This document shows positions 45,472 through 53,786 of a stretch of DNA of 64,000 bases, piece after piece (position 1 is the stretch's first letter; every line of letters begins with the position of its first letter). This DNA is from Dehalococcoidia bacterium (GTDB lineage Bacteria; Chloroflexota; Dehalococcoidia; Lucifugimonadales; CBDCYU01). The position numbers and the translations under genes are program-made. The notes under the pieces were generated by a model that was not told the origin of the DNA, searched no databases, and saw only the letters and a list, made by a program, of their open reading frames with translations. The DNA lies in the NCBI GenBank assembly GCA_965224345.1, contig CBDCYU010000003.1:2100297-2164296 (forward strand). The letters are read 5' to 3'.

Positions 45472-46476
45472 ATGGCTAATGACCGATTGACAGACAAGAT
45501 ATATGGGTGCCTTACGGCAGGTCTCATCGGAGACGCGATGGGAGCTCCTACGGAGGGCATGCACTACAAAAAGATCATAGAGGAGTTTGGCCCCAACGGC
45601 GTGACCGACTTCGAGGGTGTCGGTACGGACGACACCGCGATCCGGGAGCAGCTGATCGACGCCATCTTCAAGAGCGACGGGCGCCCGACGGTCGACCACT
45701 TCGGCCAGTCGTTCTTGGACTTCAAGGAGCGTAACCGGCACCTGTGGTTCGTCCCCGTGCGCAACGCCTTCTACAAGCTGGAACAGGGGCTGGAGCTTCC
45801 CGCCTATGCCGGAATCGGCAACATGCAAAGCTCTTCGACGGCGATGGCCATATCTCCCATGGGAATCATCAACGCCTGCAATCCCCGCCAGGCCGTGCTG
45901 GAGACGATGGACGTTGCGTCCTTCATTCACAACGGCCCGTCGTCGGGCTACTGCCGGGACGCCGCCTGCGCGATGGCGGCTGCGATCGCGGCCTGCTTCG
46001 AGGCCGATGCGACCATCGAAACAGTGGTCGCCGCCGCGACGCGGCACCTTCTGCCCGTGAGCGCGGGCGAGATTAGGCAGACCATCGCCGCCGCGCTGGA
46101 GCTGGCCGCAGAGGCGGGATCGTACGAGCGGTTTCGCGAAGGGTTCTACTCCAAGTTCCTAAGGTCGCTCACGGCGGACTCGATGGAGACGATCCCGGCC
46201 ACCCTCGCCTTACTGACCCTCGCCCAGGGCGATCCAGAGCGTTCGATACTGTGGGGCGCCAACTTCGGCCGCGACGCCGACACGATCACGACGATGATCG
46301 GCGGCGTCGTGGGCGCGTTGCACGGCGCCTCCGGCCTTCCGTCGTCCTGGGTTGCCAAGGTGGAGGCCAATCCCAACGTGACCTACCGAGAGACGGCAGA
46401 TCGGCTTGCGATGATAGTCCGAGGACGACTCGAAGAGTCAAAGGAGAGAATAGCAGCGGTCGAGGCCCTGGCGTAG
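45472..46476 (+). CDS. ADP-ribosylglycohydrolase family protein
   Basis: MANDRLTDKIYGCLTAGLIGDAMGAPTEG matches the family N-terminal motif, and the C-terminal GRDADTITTMIGGVVGALHG is the metal-binding D-x-D-T region. Confidence 0.85.
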   Translation: MANDRLTDKIYGCLTAGLIGDAMGAPTEGMHYKKIIEEFGPNGVTDFEGVGTDDTAIREQLIDAIFKSDGRPTVDHFGQSFLDFKERNRHLWFVPVRNAFYKLEQGLELPAYAGIGNMQSSSTAMAISPMGIINACNPRQAVLETMDVASFIHNGPSSGYCRDAACAMAAAIAACFEADATIETVVAAATRHLLPVSAGEIRQTIAAALELAAEAGSYERFREGFYSKFLRSLTADSMETIPATLALLTLAQGDPERSILWGANFGRDADTITTMIGGVVGALHGASGLPSSWVAKVEANPNVTYRETADRLAMIVRGRLEESKERIAAVEALA

Positions 46477-46754
46477 GCCCCTCTATAGCAGCAGCTAGCC
46501 GTTGACGACTACACCAAGGGCTGCCGCTCCCTACACATCGGGCGCCGAGAAGACCGCCCTCGGATCGACGTACGCGGCGCAGAACGCGCTTGCAATGACC
46601 AGCGCGGCGAATAGGAGCTTGAACGACCCGGCGGCTACCTCCGCTCGGCTGCGGCGGAAGTAGCCAACGAGCGGAGACAATAACGACAGGGATTGGTCGA
46701 TCATCGTCTATGTGGATATCCCCAATACGAAAGGGAATTATAACCGTGAGTGAA

Positions 46755-46778
46755 ACGGCGGGCCAGTTGGCCCGCCGT
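46755..46778 (-). terminator. 10-bp GC-rich hairpin directly after the small-protein operon
   Basis: acggcgggcc-agtt-ggcccgccgt is followed on the minus strand by a short TTTC tract. It begins 4 nt after the stop at 46782. Confidence 0.5.
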
Positions 46779-46781
46779 CCG

Positions 46782-46928
46782 TCAGTGCTGGCGCTTTGCG
46801 TACTTCCACTCGTCGGGCTTCTTCGGCGGCGTGTTCATGAAGGCGCGAGCCACCTCCTCAGGCGGAGCGTCAATCTGTTCGGGCATCTTGAGCTCTGGGC
46901 GTCCGCGCTTCCGTTTCTCCTCCGCCAT
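46782..46928 (-). CDS. small basic protein (48 aa) with a KRKRGRP AT-hook-like N-terminus; not in the ORF track (<60 aa)
   Basis: The sequence is MAEEKRKRGRPELKMPEQIDAPPEEVARAFMNTPPKKPDEWKYAKRQH*. GGGAGG lies 6 nt upstream of the ATG. It starts 4 nt after the stop of the 88-aa gene. Confidence 0.5.
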   Translation of the reverse strand: MAEEKRKRGRPELKMPEQIDAPPEEVARAFMNTPPKKPDEWKYAKRQH

Positions 46929-46931
46929 CGT

Positions 46932-47198
46932 CTACCTCCCCGCCTGTACGTCCTCGTCGTCGAGCCACCCGTACTTCCGGCAAAGATGGAGCCACAGCCG
47001 TCGGGTCTGGGCATTATCGCGCCGTAGCTCCGCCAGAATGTCGTCATGGTGGGCGATCCGCTCGTCATGGCGGGCGATCATGCTCACCAGCTTGTCCAGC
47101 GTCTTGGTCTGCATGTGAGCGATGTCGGTCAGTTGGTCGATGCCAACGTCCACCCGGTCGAACCGCTCGTCCATCTCCTCCTTCGTCACAGTAGCCAT
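46932..47198 (-). CDS. hypothetical 88-aa helical protein
   Basis: The sequence is MATVTKEEMDERFDRVDVGIDQLTDIAHMQTKTLDKLVSMIARHDERIAHHDDILAELRRDNAQTRRLWLHLCRKYGWLDDEDV. A strong GGGGAGG RBS lies 7 nt upstream. Confidence 0.6.
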   Translation of the reverse strand: MATVTKEEMDERFDRVDVGIDQLTDIAHMQTKTLDKLVSMIARHDERIAHHDDILAELRRDNAQTRRLWLHLCRKYGWLDDEDVQAGR

Positions 47199-47275
47199 CG
47201 CGTTTACCTCCCCTGTTCACGGTATGATTTTACGGTAAAGTCACCGCACCACATTGTCAAGATGGTGGGCGCGTC

Positions 47276-48523
47276 TTAGGGTGTTGGCGTGCTGGTGGGG
47301 ACAACCGTATCACGGTCGCCCACCTCGCGTTGGAACGCTTCCATGCGGGCGTTGATCGCCGTGACGGTCTGGTCGAACGTGGTCTGAATCCTGGCTATCG
47401 ACGACTTGGCCGCCTCGATCTCTCCCTCGTTGATGTTGATCTCGATCCACACCTGATCGGCGAGTCCCTCGAACGTCTCCCACGAGTCCAGCTCCTCCTG
47501 GTACCAATCGTTCAGGAGGTTGACCCGGTTCTGCGTCTCCGTCAGGCGCAGTGTGGCGATGGCGATGTACTCGTCCTTGATGGTGCGCGCCGACTCGATG
47601 GACGCAAGTGTCCGCTGGTTGAGGTCGGCCTGGATAGCCACCTCGAGCGCCTTGATCTCGGACAGCTCCGAGATCCACGCCTGGTTGGACGCGTCGATCT
47701 CGGAGGAGATTTCCTGTGTGACGCGGAGACGCTCGGCGGTGTTCCTCTTCTCCTGTGCGATCCTGGCGTTGTTGGCGTCCAGCCTAGCCTGCTCTTCAGC
47801 CTGGAGAACGACCAGTGCCTGGTCGTCGGCTGCCTTCTGTGCCTCCACCGCTGCCAGGTCCTCCCGCCTCTGCTTCTCGATCCTGATCTGCTGGTGGCAG
47901 GAGTAGGTCAGCGCCTTGTGGACGGCGAGGTTGTCTATTGCCGGCAGGTCGGCCAGGGTCACTGAGTAAGAACCCGTACCGTCTCGATTTGCCACCCACC
48001 CTTTCACGTGGAGCCGGCCCAGCGGCCGTGAGGTGGCGTCGTGGCGAGGGATAAGTGTCTGGAACTTTGGCGTGTTATCCGTCACGCTGAAGCTGTAGGT
48101 CGACTGGTACTCCTGAGGGTCGACGTTAATGCGCACGGACCCGGCCACGACTTCCCAGTTGTAGTCACGGCCAGACCCCGGTTCTCCGATACTTTCCCAG
48201 TCGTAGTGGAGGCGCTTGCCGTGGATGTCCCATGCCCGCCAACTACCTGAATGTCCGGGCGGCAGCTCAGACATTCCACGGAGATAGAGGTGGTGCAGGC
48301 AGAGCGGATACTCCATCTCCACCATGTACTCTGCGGAGGTTGCGACACTCTCCGTCTCCCACTTACAGGGGGAGAACGGGTTGTCGGGTGTCTCCCGTTC
48401 CTCTGCGGCGCACTCTGTTGGATAGTCGGCGTAGGCCGTCCACCTGGTCAAGCCGATAGCCATGCTGAGGGCCACCAGGACGAGGAACGACAGGAGCAAC
48501 ACTTTACGGTTCATAGATTCCAT
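47276..48523 (-). CDS. membrane-anchored protein with a Cys-containing beta-rich domain and a long C-terminal coiled coil; no family recognised
   Basis: A signal anchor (MESMNRKVLLLSFLVLVALSMAIGL) is followed by a globular ~200-aa part. A heptad-rich region follows (…EKQRREDLAAVEAQKAADDQALVVLQAEEQARLDANNARIAQEKRNTAERLRV…). The local GC looks lower than the window average. Confidence 0.75.
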   Translation of the reverse strand: MESMNRKVLLLSFLVLVALSMAIGLTRWTAYADYPTECAAEERETPDNPFSPCKWETESVATSAEYMVEMEYPLCLHHLYLRGMSELPPGHSGSWRAWDIHGKRLHYDWESIGEPGSGRDYNWEVVAGSVRINVDPQEYQSTYSFSVTDNTPKFQTLIPRHDATSRPLGRLHVKGWVANRDGTGSYSVTLADLPAIDNLAVHKALTYSCHQQIRIEKQRREDLAAVEAQKAADDQALVVLQAEEQARLDANNARIAQEKRNTAERLRVTQEISSEIDASNQAWISELSEIKALEVAIQADLNQRTLASIESARTIKDEYIAIATLRLTETQNRVNLLNDWYQEELDSWETFEGLADQVWIEININEGEIEAAKSSIARIQTTFDQTVTAINARMEAFQREVGDRDTVVPTSTPTP

Positions 48524-48823
48524 CCTCTCACCTCAGCCCTTGAGGAAGTACCAGAGTGGGGGGCCACGAGGCCGGCGAGCACGAGTGCAATTATGGCGAT
48601 CCTCCGTGTCGTAGTCGGGTCTGGCTCTATGTCAAGGCGATGGGCGGCGCGCTTCGCCCAGGGGGCGCTTGGCAAGGTCTCCCCCGGCAATGCCGCAGCT
48701 TGCCAAGTTCAAGGTGACGATCCGCATTGACGTGGAGCGCCAGAAGAAGGAGCGACCGACCAGCGTCGACTACGGCGAGCTGATCAAGATGCAGCGGCGC
48801 GTCCATCTCCAGAAGGCACTCGC

Positions 48824-48879
48824 TCAGGCCACGAGGTCCTGGTAGCGGAGGCGCTTGCCGTTCATCGCGCGGACGAGAT
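48824..48879 (-). repeat. remnant of the 3' end of a second IS1595-type transposase gene
   Basis: Hand alignment gives 51/56 identical to 49247..49302. It encodes LVRAMNGKRLRYQDLVA*, against DLVRAMNGKRLRYVDLTA* in the intact copy. Similarity ends abruptly at 48879. Confidence 0.75.
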
Positions 48880-48917
48880 TTGACATTATTACAGAAACTC
48901 ATATAATTGCTGGCCAT

Positions 48918-49006
48918 AGGGGGCGGTGGGATTCGAACCCACGGGAGTGCTGTGGCACCCCACTCGGTTTTAAGTCGAGCACAATAATCCACTCTGACAC
49001 GCCCCC
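48918..49006 (-). tRNA. tRNA-Leu (anticodon UAA), type II with a long variable arm, no encoded CCA
   Basis: The reverse complement is GGGGGCGTGTCAGAGTGGATTATTGTGCTCGACTTAAAACCGAGTGGGGTGCCACAGCACTCCCGTGGGTTCGAATCCCACCGCCCCCT. It has a 7-bp acceptor stem, the T-arm GTGGG-TTCGAAT-CCCAC and the anticodon loop CTTAAAA. There is an A-C mismatch at the base of the anticodon stem, and the discriminator is U, which is unusual. Confidence 0.8.
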
Positions 49007-49016
49007 TTGCCCTATG

Positions 49017-49052
49017 CAGGAACGCCGACGAGCATGCTCGTCGGCGTTCCTG
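49017..49052. other. perfect 36-bp palindrome 10 nt upstream of tRNA-Leu
   Basis: caggaacgccgacgagc|atgc... reads identically on both strands (caggaacgccgacgagcatgctcgtcggcgttcctg). Confidence 0.8.
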
Positions 49053-49131
49053 CTCGGTGGCTATCATCCCACACGGTGGGGGCTAGGTCAACCCCCTCGG
49101 ACGTAACTCGTTGGAAAATCGCTGTCTAACC

Positions 49132-50205
49132 CCTACATGTAGGTGAAGGGGTGAGCGTTATCCACAGACATCCACCATATATGGGACACCGCTATATATG
49201 GTGGGTTGCCGTCAGTTATCCACTGAGACACCCCATATATGGGGTGTCAGGCCGTGAGGTCGACGTAGCGGAGGCGCTTGCCGTTCATCGCGCGGACGAG
49301 ATCGGCCATCTGGTCGACCGTGTCCTTGAGCCGTCCGTTGTGGCGTCCAGCGAACTCCGTCGCATAGCGCGCAGTGTGCTTTCGGCTGATCCAGTGGTAC
49401 GTCCCGATGATGCCGCGTTTGAGCACCGCCCAAAAGCTCTCGATTCCGTTGGAGTGAATCTCACCGTCGACGTACTGGCCGGCGCTGTGCCGGACGACCG
49501 CGTGGTTCGGCAGGCCGCGATACGCGTAGGCCTCGTCGGTGTAGACCGTCGTGCTGGCGGTGGTGCGCTCCCGAACGAAGCCCTGGAGCGTGGCGCTGTT
49601 GACCTGTTCGACCACCGCGACCGAGACTGCGCCAGACTCGCGGTGCTTGACCCCGACCACCGGCGTCTTGCCGACGGCGCCGCGGCCGGCTCGGAGCTTC
49701 TTGCTGGCGTGCTTGTTCTTCTCCAGGCCGCCGATGTACGTCTCGTCGACCTCCACGTGGCCGGAGAACACTGGGGGCCGCTCGACCCACGCCTCGCGGA
49801 TGCGGTGCGCCATGTGCCACGCGGTTTTCTGCGAGACGCCGATGTACTGACCGAGCCGGACGCTGGAGATACCCTTGACGCTGGTGGTCACGAGGTAGAT
49901 CGCCAGCGCCCACTTGCGATAGCCGATCTTCGAGCTCTGCATGGGCGTCCCGATCTTGACGCTGAAGAACCGAAGGCAATCTCGGCACCAGTACGGCATG
50001 GTCGCGTGGCGGGTGCGCTCCGAGACGTTAAGACTGCCGCAACGCGGGCACGCCATGCCAGTGGGCCACCTGGACGCGACGAGCCACTGCTCGGCAGTGG
50101 CGTCATCGGGGAACATTCGAATAGGGTCGGGAGCGTCAGCGTAGCCATAGTGTCACCTCTTGCGAGGTCACGTTACTGGGGGTACGCGTCTCACCTCAAG
50201 GTAGG
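49132..50205 (-). mobile_element. IS1595-family insertion sequence (boundaries tentative)
   Basis: It carries a single transposase gene. The candidate IRs are CCTACATGTAGGTGAAG (49132-49148) and the reverse complement of 50189-50205, CCTACCTTGAGGTGAGA (13/17). No clear target duplication was found. Subterminal GTTATCCAC...CCATATATGGG motifs lie at 49157 and 49215. Confidence 0.55.
49247..50116 (-). CDS. IS1595-family transposase (N-terminal zinc ribbon + DDE domain)
   Basis: MFPDDATAEQWLVASRWPTGMACPRCGSLNVSERTRHATMPYWCRDCLRFFSVKIGTPMQSSKIGYRKWALAIYL…VEVDETYIGG…YTDEAYAYRGL… matches the ISXO2-like layout. Confidence 0.9.
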   Translation of the reverse strand: MFPDDATAEQWLVASRWPTGMACPRCGSLNVSERTRHATMPYWCRDCLRFFSVKIGTPMQSSKIGYRKWALAIYLVTTSVKGISSVRLGQYIGVSQKTAWHMAHRIREAWVERPPVFSGHVEVDETYIGGLEKNKHASKKLRAGRGAVGKTPVVGVKHRESGAVSVAVVEQVNSATLQGFVRERTTASTTVYTDEAYAYRGLPNHAVVRHSAGQYVDGEIHSNGIESFWAVLKRGIIGTYHWISRKHTARYATEFAGRHNGRLKDTVDQMADLVRAMNGKRLRYVDLTA

Positions 50206-50235
50206 CGGCCTCACTTTGGTAACAAAATCCCATAC

Positions 50236-50272
50236 GAAAGAGGGGCCCGGATTCGGTCCGGGCCCCTCTTTC
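50236..50272 (-). terminator. 15-bp perfect hairpin 17 nt downstream of the oxidoreductase beta-subunit stop
   Basis: gaaagaggggcccgg-attcggt-ccgggcccctctttc has a T-rich stretch (gattttgtt) further downstream on the minus strand. Confidence 0.6.
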
Positions 50273-50288
50273 CGGCGTCGGCTGTATG

Positions 50289-51287
50289 TTACGCCTTGGC
50301 CTTGTTTGGGTCCTGCACTGGGATGACTCCCGGGAGCCACCACTTCTCCCACATCTCGTCGGTCCTGGACTGGAAGTAGTCGACGTCCTCGTCGATAAAG
50401 TGGGCGAAGCGCCCCTGGCGCTTTAGGAACTCGACCACCGGCTTGCGCTTGCGGCGGCCTTCGGCGATCATCCGAGAAGGCCCGTTGAGGCTCAGCACGC
50501 CATCCTCCACCTCGTACTGCACCCAGATACCGGTCTCGACCATCAGCATCCCCAGCTCGTGGGAGTACATCGGGTCGTAGTCCCACCCCTTGGGGCACGG
50601 GTCGATGGTGTGGAGGAAGGTCGGGCCGCCTATGGTGAGGCCCTTTCGGACCTTGTTCATCATGTCGACGGCGTATGACGCACAGCCCGTGGCCACGTAC
50701 CTGACGCCCGGATGGCCCACTGCCAACATGGCCGCCGTGTTCTTCTTCCACCTGGAGTTCATGATCCTGTGGACTTTGCCGGGGGGCGAGAAGGTGGAGT
50801 TGGCGCCCCAAGGAGACGAGCCCGAGACCTGTATGTCTGTGTTCGCGTAGGACTCGTTGTCGTACAGAAGTACCAGGTGGTTGTACTCAGGATGGGTGAG
50901 GGAGGCGGATATCGCGGACAGGCCCATGTCTGCGCCTCCACCATCGCCGCAGAAGGATATGACGTTGATGGGCTCATCCTTGATCTTGCCCTTGGACATC
51001 AGCGCCTTCAGCCCCGCGGCGGTCCCCGTCGCGGCAGACCCTGAGGAGCCCAGCTGCGTGTGCATCCACGGCACCACCCACGGCGTCGAGTAGTAGGTAG
51101 TGTTGGCCACGTACATGCAGCCCGTGCTGCCCAGCACGATGGTTCTGGGGCCCGCGGCCTTTATCATCAGCTTCATCACGAGCGCGGACTCGCAGCCTTG
51201 GCAGGTGCGGTGCCCGGAGGTGAAGTACTCCTCGAGGGGTGAGTTGTGGACCCCCTTGATCATGGGAAGTGTGCTTGCGGTAGTCAT
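50289..51287 (-). CDS. 2-oxoacid:ferredoxin oxidoreductase beta subunit (TPP-binding, PorB-like)
   Basis: CQGCESAL is the Cys cluster region, and GDGGGADMGLSAI is the TPP-binding GDG motif. Confidence 0.9.
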   Translation of the reverse strand: MTTASTLPMIKGVHNSPLEEYFTSGHRTCQGCESALVMKLMIKAAGPRTIVLGSTGCMYVANTTYYSTPWVVPWMHTQLGSSGSAATGTAAGLKALMSKGKIKDEPINVISFCGDGGGADMGLSAISASLTHPEYNHLVLLYDNESYANTDIQVSGSSPWGANSTFSPPGKVHRIMNSRWKKNTAAMLAVGHPGVRYVATGCASYAVDMMNKVRKGLTIGGPTFLHTIDPCPKGWDYDPMYSHELGMLMVETGIWVQYEVEDGVLSLNGPSRMIAEGRRKRKPVVEFLKRQGRFAHFIDEDVDYFQSRTDEMWEKWWLPGVIPVQDPNKAKA

Positions 51288-51324
51288 TGGCTCTGCTCCT
51301 TTAGGCTAACTCGTCGACTCCTCG

Positions 51325-52551
51325 TTACCTTACACCCACCCAGCGAAGGGGCTCTTCGATCTGGCCGGTCTCGGCTACCTTCTCAACGTCGTCGAACATC
51401 TCCGTGACCATAGGCACCGTGATCTCGCGGCCGCCGAGCCCCGCGATGAAACCTATGATGGGGACGCGCTTGTCGGCATCGTACAGGGCCGATCGGATCT
51501 CATTATACAGCACGCCTCCGTTGTCCGGCGCGCCCAGCGAGTAGTCTCTATCGATGACGCCGACCGCCTTGAATCTGCCCAGCGTCTCTCGAAGCTCATC
51601 GTCGGGGAAGGGGCGGAACCACCTGACCCTGACGAATCCGACCTTCCTGCCCTGCTCTCTCAACCTTCTCACGACCACTCTCAAGGGGAGCGCCAAGGTC
51701 CCCATACCGACCAGGACCACGTCGGCGTCCTCAGTCATGTACTCCTCGATGAAGGGGTTGTCGCCGCCTCGCCCGAAGACACGCTTCAGGTCTTCGTGGG
51801 CCTCGGTTATCACGCCCTTGGCCCGCCTCATGGCGGCGTCGGTCTGCCTGCGTATCTCCATCAGCCAGTCCTCGTTGACCTGGGGGGCGATGGTGATGGG
51901 GTTGTCGGGATGGAGCTGGAACTCGCCCCGATCGTAGGGGGGCAGGTACTCGTCCACCAGCTTCTGGTCCGGCACCTTGACGATCTGCTGGGAGTGGGTG
52001 AGGAAGGCGCCGTCGGTGCTGATGGCGCAGGGGAGGAACACCCTCGGGTCTTCGGCCACGCGCCAAGCCATGAACGCGGCGTCCATCGCCTCCTGCGCCG
52101 TATCGACCCACCGGAGCATCCACCCCAGGTCGCGTACGGCCAGCGCGTCGTTGTGCTCACAGCCGAAGGCCCCGGGATCGTCCAGCGCGCGGTTCCCCAC
52201 CATGGCGACCATCGGAAGGCGCAGGCCGCAGGTGACCGCCAGGGCCTCGAAGGCGTAGAACCAGCCCACGCCGCTGGAGCCGGAGAAGACCCTGGCCCCC
52301 ACCGCCGAGGCGTGTTTGACGATCTCGAACTGGGAGTGCTCGCTCTCGGCGACGATGTACTCGCACTTGAGGTCCCCATCGGCGATCAGCTTCGATACGA
52401 ACTGCATCACCGTGTCGTAGGGACGGATCGGGTACGCCGTTATTACGTCCACGTCCGCCAGGGCGCAGGCTATCGCGATAGCCTCGGAGCCGCTGATCAG
52501 CTCCTCCCTCTCCAGATCGGGTTGCGTAGTCGTCTCAATCGTCATCGCCAA
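51325..52551 (-). CDS. 2-oxoacid:ferredoxin oxidoreductase alpha subunit (PorA-like)
   Basis: ELISGSEAIAIACALADVDVITAYPIRPYDTV…SGSSGVGWFYAFEAL… is the typical domain I/II layout of POR/VOR alpha subunits. Confidence 0.9.
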   Translation of the reverse strand: MAMTIETTTQPDLEREELISGSEAIAIACALADVDVITAYPIRPYDTVMQFVSKLIADGDLKCEYIVAESEHSQFEIVKHASAVGARVFSGSSGVGWFYAFEALAVTCGLRLPMVAMVGNRALDDPGAFGCEHNDALAVRDLGWMLRWVDTAQEAMDAAFMAWRVAEDPRVFLPCAISTDGAFLTHSQQIVKVPDQKLVDEYLPPYDRGEFQLHPDNPITIAPQVNEDWLMEIRRQTDAAMRRAKGVITEAHEDLKRVFGRGGDNPFIEEYMTEDADVVLVGMGTLALPLRVVVRRLREQGRKVGFVRVRWFRPFPDDELRETLGRFKAVGVIDRDYSLGAPDNGGVLYNEIRSALYDADKRVPIIGFIAGLGGREITVPMVTEMFDDVEKVAETGQIEEPLRWVGVR

Positions 52552-53713
52552 CTCCCATCATTTCAACTTGCTCTTCGTAGGTCCCCCACGAGTGGAAGCC
52601 GTGGGAGCGGCCAACGTCGCCCTTCTCCGCCTTGGCCACGGCTATCTTCTCCTCCAGCCACTCCATGTAGCCGTCCCTGTCGCGCTTCCAGTGGTCGTAC
52701 TGGCTGGCGTTGTCGTTGAAGGACTCCTCGTTCACCATTGTGATGCAGTCGGGGACGGGACAGACCTCCTCGCACACGCCGCAGCCGCAGCACGACTCCA
52801 TGTCCGAGTCGTAGAGCTCCTCTGGCGTGACATCGAAACAGGAGTCCGGGCACTGCAGCCAGCAGAGGGTGCACTTTGTGCAGGTCTCGAAGTTGACCAC
52901 CGGCCTCATCGTCCGGGTGGACCACTTCTTGAACACCTCGTTGCGCTCCGGCTGGAACCCCTCATCGCCGCCCCGGAAGCCGCCGCCGACTCCGATGCCC
53001 TCTATCACGATGGCCTCTTTCATCTCGGTCCAACCGGGCTTGTCGAACCTGAACGGCTCCTCGGAATTGCCCTGCCCGGGCTCGATGGGGTACTCGGTGA
53101 CCGAGCGGTAGGAGCGCTCCGCCGATCCCACCTTCAGCTCGTCGCCCCACTGCTGGGAGATGGCGTCCTTGTAGGCGTCCAGGCCCACCAGCTTCGGGCA
53201 GACCTTTGCCAGGGCGCCCAGGATCCGCACGTCGGTGTGGTCGTCCTTGTACACCCAGAGGCCGGAGAAGCTCTTGGCTCCCTTGACGATGGCCAGGTTG
53301 TAGGGCACGTCCTTTACGTGGATGTCCTCCACCAGGTCGTCGTTGGACTGTATGGAGGTGACGAGGACCGTGCCGCCCTCCACGGTAAGCTCGTTGATGG
53401 GCTGCAGGCCGTACCACGCCCAAGACTCGACGCCCTTGCAGAGGGTGTCGTCGACGACGATGGATACGTCGACCTCCGTGGGCTCGTACTTGGCCAGGCT
53501 CTCCTCCAGCTCTATCGGGTCGTCGGCAACCACGGCGAAGTACTTGGCCGGGATGCCGTTGCGCTCTGGGGAGTCGCCGTAACGGCCAAAGGCCGTTCCG
53601 ATCTTGCCCTCCTTGCGAGCGGCGAGAACGATAGTACGACAGATATTCCTGGACAACGACTTCTGAAATATGCCTCTATAGACTACTTCTACTGCTGATA
53701 CCGCCATGCGCAC
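52535..53713 (-). CDS. fused gamma + delta (2x[4Fe-4S] ferredoxin) subunit of 2-oxoacid:ferredoxin oxidoreductase, with a C-terminal extension
   Basis: The N-terminal POR gamma-type domain is followed by CTKCTLCWLQCP and CCGCGVCEEVCP cluster motifs. About 70 further residues follow. Confidence 0.85.
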   Translation of the reverse strand: MRMAVSAVEVVYRGIFQKSLSRNICRTIVLAARKEGKIGTAFGRYGDSPERNGIPAKYFAVVADDPIELEESLAKYEPTEVDVSIVVDDTLCKGVESWAWYGLQPINELTVEGGTVLVTSIQSNDDLVEDIHVKDVPYNLAIVKGAKSFSGLWVYKDDHTDVRILGALAKVCPKLVGLDAYKDAISQQWGDELKVGSAERSYRSVTEYPIEPGQGNSEEPFRFDKPGWTEMKEAIVIEGIGVGGGFRGGDEGFQPERNEVFKKWSTRTMRPVVNFETCTKCTLCWLQCPDSCFDVTPEELYDSDMESCCGCGVCEEVCPVPDCITMVNEESFNDNASQYDHWKRDRDGYMEWLEEKIAVAKAEKGDVGRSHGFHSWGTYEEQVEMMGVGDDD

Positions 53714-53786
53714 GCCTCCTACACTATTTGCCTGATCAATGCTTCCCGGTCGTTACCTAGTATCTCACATCCTGGCGCCGCTGCGG

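Noticed and set aside
48918-49006. Given the nearby Sec candidate, the long-variable-arm tRNA might have been tRNA-Sec.
   Set aside because: The anticodon loop reads CTTAAAA (anticodon UAA), not UCA. The acceptor/T-stem geometry is the standard 7/5, not 8/5. It is called tRNA-Leu.
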